45,411 nt of DNA from a virus (taxonomy: Duplodnaviria; Caudoviricetes): positions 1 to 45,411 of the IMG/VR virus record IMGVR_UViG_3300033182_000655; one strand, given 5' to 3'. The notes beneath the pieces are model-generated. The model was given only the letters and a program-made list of their open reading frames with translations, had not been told where the DNA came from and searched no databases. Made by a program: the position numbers and the translations under genes. Each line of letters opens with the position of its first letter. Position 1 is the stretch's first letter. Positions 36,570 through 44,389 of this stretch are shown here, one piece after another.

Positions 36570-38016
36570 TATCTATACTCACGAAATTAATTTTTGCTTG
36601 ACTTTCTTGTGATTTTATTGTATATTTTAAAGTGGATAATCCATCTTCTTTATAATCATCTATACCTGTTCTAACGAAATTAAAATATCTTATCTGATTG
36701 TCTCTTGAACGCCAATCTTTAAATTTAGTTTTTGACCAACCATTCTCTTCATGGTCTAAACAAGTAAATTTTCCATCTCTTCTTGTAGGTAAGGATTTCT
36801 TTTCACCCAATATTAATTCTTGTTTTTTTGCTATACCACCTATGATATCACCATTGTGATTATATTTTGACTTATCCATAACTCTTTCATTATCTATATT
36901 TTCAAAATCATATGCACAGAATAAATCATCTACAAATGAATATTCGTTTTTTGGTTTAGTAACATCCCAAGGAACACCTTCATTGAATAATTGTCTAACT
37001 GCTCTCCTATCTACGGTTCTTCTCCACATACTAAATTGTGCAATGTTACCCTCAAACCAATTATTATCTCGTATTGACTTAGGGTCTGCACATCCCAAGA
37101 AAAAATTATTACCTTTTATTTCTCTTAGATTACCAAAATATGATGTAGGTGAGTTTTGAACCTCTTCTCCATTAATATACATTTGTAATGTTTTTGTTGG
37201 TGCATCAACACAAACTACAATATGATTCCATTGTTCTGACATCTTATGACTAACCACCATAAACTCATCATGGTTCACATTCCAAACACCATACTTATAT
37301 TGTTGTGCACTTGTCCAACATAGTCCTGTGTGATATCCAGGTTGTGTAAATATATGAAATTCATCATAATGTTTTTGATTATCAATCTTTAATAAGTCTG
37401 ATGGTTGTACCCAAACTTCATATGAATAAGAACCTCGTGTCAATATTTTTCTCCACAATGGTGAAATACTTATATCTATGTAATCACCCTTTTTAAAACT
37501 CATTGACCTTATGAATGGATTAGTTAAATGTTTTGTGGAAACTATATCATCTTCCAATGGTAGACCTGCAGTTCTACACCTATATAACAAATCATCATCT
37601 TCAAATCCCCAACCCCAATACTCATTGGAATAACCATTTATCACTTCAAAGTGTTGAACAGGAAACAATGTTACCCCACCAAAGTATTCAGGATATGGTA
37701 GTTTATATTTGTTGTTTGATAGTCGTGTTGATAATTGTGTTGGTCTATCCACCCATGAATAATCACATGAATCATCTTCAGGTAACATATCAACATCGTG
37801 AAAGCACACATAATCACACTTGGCGTTTTTTGCCAGTGTGAATCCTATGTTACATAACCATCCACGATTAAAAGGTAAATCGTTATCTTGATTTATAACA
37901 AATACTTCATAATCATCAATTGAAGTTTTTTCAAGATGAGATTGTATCTCTGGTATAAATCTTGATAAATGTTCTTCTCTATCTCGGTATGGTACAATTA
38001 TACCAAGTTTTGCCAT
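36562..38016 (-). CDS. GT7 (beta-1,4-galactosyltransferase-like) protein with inserted LamG domain
   Basis: IIVPYRDREEHL, PFNRG..N.G, FHDVDMLP, YFGGV, INGYSNEYWGWGFEDDD; LamG insert; RRDGKFTCLDH...DGLSTLKY. Confidence 0.9.
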   Translation of the reverse strand: MAKLGIIVPYRDREEHLSRFIPEIQSHLEKTSIDDYEVFVINQDNDLPFNRGWLCNIGFTLAKNAKCDYVCFHDVDMLPEDDSCDYSWVDRPTQLSTRLSNNKYKLPYPEYFGGVTLFPVQHFEVINGYSNEYWGWGFEDDDLLYRCRTAGLPLEDDIVSTKHLTNPFIRSMSFKKGDYIDISISPLWRKILTRGSYSYEVWVQPSDLLKIDNQKHYDEFHIFTQPGYHTGLCWTSAQQYKYGVWNVNHDEFMVVSHKMSEQWNHIVVCVDAPTKTLQMYINGEEVQNSPTSYFGNLREIKGNNFFLGCADPKSIRDNNWFEGNIAQFSMWRRTVDRRAVRQLFNEGVPWDVTKPKNEYSFVDDLFCAYDFENIDNERVMDKSKYNHNGDIIGGIAKKQELILGEKKSLPTRRDGKFTCLDHEENGWSKTKFKDWRSRDNQIRYFNFVRTGIDDYKEDGLSTLKYTIKSQESQAKINFVSIDNE

Positions 38017-38351
38017 TATTTTTTACTACCAAATATACTCTTTAACACTCCACCATCTTGTTGTGGTTGTTGAACAAGTGGTTGTTGAACAGGTGGTTGT
38101 TGAACAGGTGGTTGTTGAACAAGTGGTTGTTGAACAAGTGGTTGTTGAATTGGTTGTGTTGGTTGTGTAGATGAGTTTAAACCCATTTGATACATTTCCC
38201 ATAACTTCCAATCAATAGCCTCTAACTTTTCTTCTATACTCGTCAATGCTTTCAATAGAAGTGCAAAGTTATCATCACTTGTTAACCCATTATCAAGTGC
38301 ATCTCTCGCATCTTGAATATCAGTATTTTCTGTTTTTTTCTTAGTTGCCAT
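38016..38351 (-). CDS. Small protein with a helical N-terminus and QQP(L/P)V repeats
   Basis: TAAGGAG SD; stop overlaps the next start. Confidence 0.8.
   Translation of the reverse strand: MATKKKTENTDIQDARDALDNGLTSDDNFALLLKALTSIEEKLEAIDWKLWEMYQMGLNSSTQPTQPIQQPLVQQPLVQQPPVQQPPVQQPLVQQPQQDGGVLKSIFGSKK
38063..38149. repeat. 15-bp tandem repeat GTGGTTGTTGAACA(A/G), about 5.8 copies
   Basis: Units start at 38063, 38078, 38093, 38108, 38123 and 38138 (partial); encodes QQP(L/P)V on the minus strand. Confidence 0.95.
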
Positions 38352-38361
38352 TTTATTCTCC

Positions 38362-39813
38362 TTAGGCCTGTATTGTTAATATTGAATGTTTTTCAAAATA
38401 TTGTTCTGTTTTTAAAACACGAAATCTACATTCTAATAAATCATTCGTTATTTTGTTACTTATAAGTTTTGTCAAAATTTTATAATTGTTTTGAGAATTA
38501 GAACCTTCATAATTTTCTTTATTTAATTTATCGTACTCATTACCTATATAACCATAATTTCCTCTACTTCTTATAGGTAAATATAACTCATCTCCTTCTT
38601 TCACTATATTTTTTTTAGGAATCGTTGGATTATTTAACAATAGGGAATTACCATTACCACTTTCATCCCAAACCATATTTTTATATCCTGAACTAAAATC
38701 ATAATATCCTGTAGGACACTCAATAGTATATTCTGTATTGAAATGACCATTATTATAAATTTTATTTATTGATATTTCATTTAAAAATACATCATAAAAT
38801 CCTAAATCACCAATTGAAATATCACACCTCGCCTGTGATGTATTCGTATCCTCTGTTCCTATACCAATATAAAATGGTGATTCTAATGGATATTTCTTAA
38901 TAGAACTTTTAATTTGAACACTATTATTTAAAACTCCATTTATATACATGTTTGAAGTTTTAGTATCTTTACTATATGATAATCCAACATGAACCCACTC
39001 ACCGATTTCTATAGGATAATCACCTACTCTAATATACTCATTTTTAAAAGTCCAAATATTTGTACTTAATGTTAATTTACCATCTTGTAACAAAAATTTA
39101 ATACCTGAATGATAACCTGGTCTACTAACAACATATCCCTCTTTTACAATTTCCTTATTGAGTCTTACCCAACATGTTATTGTAAAACTATTATTTATTA
39201 CATTTTTCATAGGACGACTATTCGTTTCTATTTTACCATAGTTATTAAAACTTAAATCAATACCAGTAATTGACTTTGGTTTCTCTGATACTCGTGTGGT
39301 TGGATAATTTAATTGTCCCATTTTCCATATCATATGTAAATCTTCATAACCATCACCCCAAAAGTTATTATGAAAACCACCAAGATTTTCAAAGTCTTTC
39401 TTAGTGAACATTAATGCACCATTGAAAAAAAATTTACTTGGTAGATTAATTGAATCTGGTATAAAATCAGGATGAATACCAAATGAAACTTCATCAACTG
39501 AACCCACTAAACACTTTGGTCTTTCATCATAAGAATAATCACATTCATCATTCAAAGGTATAAAATCACTACGATGAAACACAACATAATCCCAATCAAA
39601 GTCTATATTGTAAATATCCTTTAAAACTTTAGTTCCACTTAAAAAACCAATATTATATAATTTACCATAATTTATCAAATTCTTTTTTGATTTCAAATCA
39701 ACTATTACAATTCTATAATCTATATCTTTGTTTTTCATAAACTCATCAAAGTGTGCAACAAAGTTTTCATTATGGGTTTCATTAAAATCTGTTACGATTA
39801 GTAATTTATTCAT
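38362..39813 (-). CDS. Degenerate GT7-LamG paralogue (probable pseudo-enzyme)
   Basis: Same architecture, but FHRSD replaces FHDxD and WGDGYEDLH replaces WGWGxEDDD; likely start ATG 39813. Confidence 0.75.
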   Translation of the reverse strand: MNKLLIVTDFNETHNENFVAHFDEFMKNKDIDYRIVIVDLKSKKNLINYGKLYNIGFLSGTKVLKDIYNIDFDWDYVVFHRSDFIPLNDECDYSYDERPKCLVGSVDEVSFGIHPDFIPDSINLPSKFFFNGALMFTKKDFENLGGFHNNFWGDGYEDLHMIWKMGQLNYPTTRVSEKPKSITGIDLSFNNYGKIETNSRPMKNVINNSFTITCWVRLNKEIVKEGYVVSRPGYHSGIKFLLQDGKLTLSTNIWTFKNEYIRVGDYPIEIGEWVHVGLSYSKDTKTSNMYINGVLNNSVQIKSSIKKYPLESPFYIGIGTEDTNTSQARCDISIGDLGFYDVFLNEISINKIYNNGHFNTEYTIECPTGYYDFSSGYKNMVWDESGNGNSLLLNNPTIPKKNIVKEGDELYLPIRSRGNYGYIGNEYDKLNKENYEGSNSQNNYKILTKLISNKITNDLLECRFRVLKTEQYFEKHSILTIQA

Positions 39814-40663
39814 GGCGATAATCAATACACTTTTGTTTTATATCTTCCCAATAGGAATACGAGTTATTATCACTTAAATCCTCTATCATAAAATCTTTTA
39901 CATTTATTTTAAAGTTATTATCTAATAGATATTCATACATTTTCTTATACTCAAAGTAATAAGAGTAATCTTGTTTTATCATTGTTACTTGTCTTAGTCT
40001 TTCAAAACAATCAAAATCCCACTTCATATGATTAACTATTACAAAACACTCGTCAATAGGATATTTCTTAGGATGATTCCACCTATCACCATATGTATCT
40101 TGACCATCAATGATGGCATAGTGTTGACCTGGTGTAACATCAATATATCCTCTACTTAATACTATTTTATTGGGACATGCATTTGATATTGGTTCTCTAA
40201 AGAACCCACCCAATGGAAACTCTTCCCATATATTTGAATCTCTATTTATTTTAGGAAATGTTCCATTCACACCCAATCTATCAAGAAAACCACCACTTAC
40301 AAAATCCCAACCATTTTCTTCACAATCGTATATTATTTCTTCTATTGGTTTTGGATACTCATGAAACTCATCATCATCTGAAATAACCCACCAATCATTT
40401 GGTTTTGTTCGTTTAGTCTCATTATACAAATGTGTTACATGATTCCAATCATATGGTGGATGTTTACTGATATTATATATCTTTAACCCATAGTGACTTA
40501 AAACATCTTCAACCTCACCCACAAGATTTTTATTCTTACCATTATCATATACATTCACAAACACATCATCAACTATATCTTGATAGTGTCCAATCATATG
40601 ATATAACATATTAGGATTATGACCACATACCGTAACTAAATTTTTGGGACTTTTACTGACCAA
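39806..40663 (-). CDS. GT-A fold glycosyltransferase (Glyco_tranf_2_4-like)
   Basis: HMIGHY, DWWVISDDDEFH, GGFLDR, PGQH; TTG start preceded by AGGAGG. Confidence 0.75.
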   Translation of the reverse strand: MVSKSPKNLVTVCGHNPNMLYHMIGHYQDIVDDVFVNVYDNGKNKNLVGEVEDVLSHYGLKIYNISKHPPYDWNHVTHLYNETKRTKPNDWWVISDDDEFHEYPKPIEEIIYDCEENGWDFVSGGFLDRLGVNGTFPKINRDSNIWEEFPLGGFFREPISNACPNKIVLSRGYIDVTPGQHYAIIDGQDTYGDRWNHPKKYPIDECFVIVNHMKWDFDCFERLRQVTMIKQDYSYYFEYKKMYEYLLDNNFKINVKDFMIEDLSDNNSYSYWEDIKQKCIDYRHE

Positions 40664-42936
40664 CTGGCCCTCCTACAATTTTCCCAAAAATCATGTAATT
40701 CAGGAAATGTTTCTAAAAAATCTTTCTTTCTTCTATTATCATACTCATTAAAGAAGTTAAAAAAGTCTCCACGATTCTTAATTAACCAATCAACATCTTC
40801 TAATGGTGACTCTGCATAATCAATCAATCTTCTAAATTTCTCTATTTCAAAATCATAAAATCCACTATGACCATGACCATAAATATGTAGGTATTTATCC
40901 TCACGATATTTCTTCATCAACTCAATATCCTCTTTCATCTTATCAATCCACTTGGTAGGTAGGATTCTTAATGATTGATGTGATGGTTGTCTCAAGTATG
41001 CAACATCCAATAAGATAGCATAATGTCTATATCGTTTACCATTATAATGTTTTCTTTTTAGATGAAATACACCTTCAATAAGTTTATCAAAGTTTGGTGC
41101 ACTCAATGCATTATAAGTTGACATAATTGTAACAGATGCCTTTGGAACTTCTGTTAAAAATCTATCTATGTTATACCAAAACTTTTCAAAGTCTAATCCA
41201 TCACGAATATATTCTGCTTGGTCACCCCATGATTCTATACTTGTATAAACTGAATAATTCCAAACCAAATCATTCTCTGTAATGTATTTTGACTTCTCAA
41301 TAAACTTATCAAACAACTCGTCAGGTGGACAAAAATTTGAATTAATACTAATCTCTAATTCTGGATTAACATCAGGATTATCAATAATATAATCCAACAC
41401 CCTAAATGTTCCCTTATGAAGAATTGGTTCACCACCAGTAATTCTTAATGTGTGTAGGTCAGGAAATAAATCTGGCCACCATTTCCAAAATGCCTGTTCA
41501 TATGGATTAAATTGTTTATATGGTATCGGCATCATATCTGCTCTCTTCAACCAATCAGTATTATTAAACAATCCACTTGTTGGATATGGGCCTTGAGAAT
41601 CAATCTCTGCCTGCCATCTTGATGAACTCTTTACATCACAATAACTACATGCAAAGTTACATTGATTACTGAATGATATCTCAACATAAGGTGGATTGGT
41701 ATCTTCTCTCCAATCCGAATCTCTAATCTTTCTAAAGTCTGGTAATGCCCATGCCTCTGCACTCTTCATATGTCTATCACTAAATGCATCTTCATTGGCA
41801 TCTTCTACTTTCCAACAATAGTCACACTCTTTAGGTCTTCCACCCTCTAACATCATTTTTCTTTGAAGTTTTTTAAACTTTGTATTGTGTAGTGCAGATT
41901 TGTTTTCTTCTAATTCCTCTAATGGTATTTTATGTGGAACAGGATGGTGACAACTATGAGTCATACCATTTTGTAATAATAACGAGACTTGATTCCATTT
42001 TGCCAAACAGAATCCTCTACCAACCTTATTTAATTCTCTTTTAAGAATATTAATCTCTTTTAAACCATGAAGACTTTTTTCTTTAAAAATATCAATATCT
42101 ACTTCTTGTTTTTGTGCTTCTTCATCTTTGATTTCAAATTGTTCCAAATGAATTCTCATCTTTAATTCTTCACTTGGTTTTTTCAATTGTCCTTTATTTT
42201 TTAATCTATTTATTTCTTCCTCAATATATGGTGATGAATGTTTTAATAAATGATACTTGTAGTTTTCAAAATCATCATCAAGGCCTTGACATATTTCCAT
42301 AAAAAGAATATGTTTCATTATGTCTGAGTTCTTGATATCATATCTCTCTCTTTTCATTCTTTCTAATTCAGATTCAGTTTCGGTTCTTAAATTAGAGTTT
42401 AACATATCAAGTCTTTTTCTAATTTCTTCTTTACCATATTCCAAGTCCTTATCCATGTTCTCATACCAAACATCAGTATTTCTATTATGTTTATTTATTA
42501 AAAGAACTCTTTGTTCTAACTCTTGATATGGACTCAAAAGTTTATTAGATTTTTTTATTCTTTGGATTTCTCTTTCAACTTCAGGTGAAGTGTGTTTTAA
42601 ACATTGTTTGATTGTAACTCTATATTCAAGTTCTTGTGTGACATTTACAATCTTTGCACTATCAGGAACATGATTATAATATCTATCTATCTCCTCATCA
42701 ATATAATCATTTTTATACTTTTCACATTCAGATAATTTAATCAAATAATAACACTCTTTATCAAATTGTTTAGTAAAAAAATCTTTATCTTCTTCAAGAT
42801 ATTCATCTATTCTTTTCGTAACATATGGTGTTAAATGTTTTTGTCTGATTTCATAATCAAATTGTTTTTCAGGCCATTCATTCAAATGTTTAAATTCTTT
42901 AATACCCTTGTTTTCTATTTGTACAAAATTATTCAT
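40636..42936 (-). CDS. N-Twitch radical SAM enzyme with a ~295-aa helical N-terminal extension
   Basis: Paralogue of 33619-35073: CLAKW...SCHH...ECDYCW, CNFACSYC, ITGGEP. Confidence 0.9.
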   Translation of the reverse strand: MNNFVQIENKGIKEFKHLNEWPEKQFDYEIRQKHLTPYVTKRIDEYLEEDKDFFTKQFDKECYYLIKLSECEKYKNDYIDEEIDRYYNHVPDSAKIVNVTQELEYRVTIKQCLKHTSPEVEREIQRIKKSNKLLSPYQELEQRVLLINKHNRNTDVWYENMDKDLEYGKEEIRKRLDMLNSNLRTETESELERMKRERYDIKNSDIMKHILFMEICQGLDDDFENYKYHLLKHSSPYIEEEINRLKNKGQLKKPSEELKMRIHLEQFEIKDEEAQKQEVDIDIFKEKSLHGLKEINILKRELNKVGRGFCLAKWNQVSLLLQNGMTHSCHHPVPHKIPLEELEENKSALHNTKFKKLQRKMMLEGGRPKECDYCWKVEDANEDAFSDRHMKSAEAWALPDFRKIRDSDWREDTNPPYVEISFSNQCNFACSYCDVKSSSRWQAEIDSQGPYPTSGLFNNTDWLKRADMMPIPYKQFNPYEQAFWKWWPDLFPDLHTLRITGGEPILHKGTFRVLDYIIDNPDVNPELEISINSNFCPPDELFDKFIEKSKYITENDLVWNYSVYTSIESWGDQAEYIRDGLDFEKFWYNIDRFLTEVPKASVTIMSTYNALSAPNFDKLIEGVFHLKRKHYNGKRYRHYAILLDVAYLRQPSHQSLRILPTKWIDKMKEDIELMKKYREDKYLHIYGHGHSGFYDFEIEKFRRLIDYAESPLEDVDWLIKNRGDFFNFFNEYDNRRKKDFLETFPELHDFWENCRRASWSVKVPKI

Positions 42937-43640
42937 TTCTTCCTTACTAAAGTTGTTCCTGTAGAGAATGGTAATTGTGTTTTTTCTTTAAAATCAAAGA
43001 AATCAAATACTTCCCATTTTTTACTCTTTTTAAGTTTTTTAATTAACTTAGATGGGCCTGACATATCATCAAACTTCTCACCTTTTGGTACAATTAAACT
43101 ATCATAATATTTTTCGTCTGTATCATGTATACTAATGATACCATTATCACTTAATCTTTCACTATATAATTCAAAATCTAATTCAACTTGTTCAAATGAA
43201 TGACCTGCATCTATATGTAGGTAATCTATTTGAACATCTTTTCTTAAGAAAAAATTATAATAGGCATCATCTGTAAGTGCCTCTATGACTTTTGGTTGAA
43301 ATGTTTCTACGAAATAACTTTCATCGTTCCAATCAGGCTCACCATTAACACCATTTTTTGCATCAACAACATATGTGATACCAAATACATCATCGGTGAA
43401 AACATCTAATTCTTTTAAATCCCATTGTGCAGCAATCATCATTCGTGGAACAAATCCACCACCACTTCCTAAACAAACACAAGTACGAGACTTCATTAAG
43501 TATGGTATTGTATAAAACAATAAACCACCACCCAAGTAAATGTGTGTTGCACCATGTGTATCTCTGTATTTTACTGGTTCTTTTTCATCACCATTATGTA
43601 GTAATGAGTCAAATATCCAGCCTTGATTTAATAACCCCAT
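42933..43640 (-). CDS. SAM-dependent methyltransferase (Methyltransf_24-like)
   Basis: VCLGSGGGF, IDYLHIDAGHSFEQV..DF....L..NGIISIHDT. Confidence 0.85.
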   Translation of the reverse strand: MGLLNQGWIFDSLLHNGDEKEPVKYRDTHGATHIYLGGGLLFYTIPYLMKSRTCVCLGSGGGFVPRMMIAAQWDLKELDVFTDDVFGITYVVDAKNGVNGEPDWNDESYFVETFQPKVIEALTDDAYYNFFLRKDVQIDYLHIDAGHSFEQVELDFELYSERLSDNGIISIHDTDEKYYDSLIVPKGEKFDDMSGPSKLIKKLKKSKKWEVFDFFDFKEKTQLPFSTGTTLVRKK

Positions 43641-43656
43641 AATAAAACCTCTTTGT

Positions 43657-43665
43657 TATAAATAT
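43657..43665 (-). promoter_or_regulatory. ATATTTATA motif
   Basis: Plus strand TATAAATAT in a 29-nt gap, upstream of a GAGG SD. Confidence 0.55.
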
Positions 43666-43669
43666 AAAC

Positions 43670-44389
43670 TTACCATCTCAAACGATTATAAAATGTTGCG
43701 ACATGTTCTGAAAAATAAAATCTCTTGTGATGACCATATTTTTGTTGGTCTTCTACAAATGCATTATTATAAAAATAGTGGTCTGCATCTTGTACTTTAT
43801 CTGTTGGTATAATACCATACTTCGTTTTTTGTTCCATTGATGTTCTATTCACTGGCCATGGTTTCCATACAGAATGATGAAATACAAATTGTCCACTATC
43901 TGCAGTGGAATATTTTAAATATGTACCATTACCTAAATCATCATGGATTATCTCAGTTCCACTAATAGTTGAGTCTCTACACAAATGAACCATTTCTCGT
44001 TCACCTGTTTCATGTTTAAAATTAATAAACTTAATGTCTTTATCTAAATCCATCAACAATGGACGAAGTATAGTATAAAAATCATAGTGTACCACATTAT
44101 CGTCATCAACAAGTAAAACCCATCCTTCTTTTACATTTTCCATCAATGCATTTTTACATTGGTTACCCCAACAACCATCTTCTGTTTCTGTAAATGAATA
44201 CATATCATCAAATAAAGATGAATCAATATCTGATTTACTACAAACTAATGTGTCTATTGCAACATGCCACCTTGGTTCAAAGAAACTCTCAGTTAATAAT
44301 GGTTGTTTGAAAATTGAGTCTCTTACTAAATGTAAATTTTGTGGATTTAAACCACAAGGTGTTCCAATATTTATAACTACTTTTTCCAT
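43670..44389 (-). CDS. GT2-like glycosyltransferase
   Basis: INIGTPC, GN..KN.LM, GWVLLVDDDN (DxD), DSGQF, DAD..F. Confidence 0.7.
   Translation of the reverse strand: MEKVVINIGTPCGLNPQNLHLVRDSIFKQPLLTESFFEPRWHVAIDTLVCSKSDIDSSLFDDMYSFTETEDGCWGNQCKNALMENVKEGWVLLVDDDNVVHYDFYTILRPLLMDLDKDIKFINFKHETGEREMVHLCRDSTISGTEIIHDDLGNGTYLKYSTADSGQFVFHHSVWKPWPVNRTSMEQKTKYGIIPTDKVQDADHYFYNNAFVEDQQKYGHHKRFYFSEHVATFYNRLRW

Noticed and set aside
38026-38211. CRISPR array, or an STTTC-repeat peptide ORF (RiPP-precursor-like) near radical SAM genes
   Set aside because: The repeats are contiguous with no spacers; STTTC is an alternative frame of the SD-supported QQPxV gene and has no clear SD of its own.
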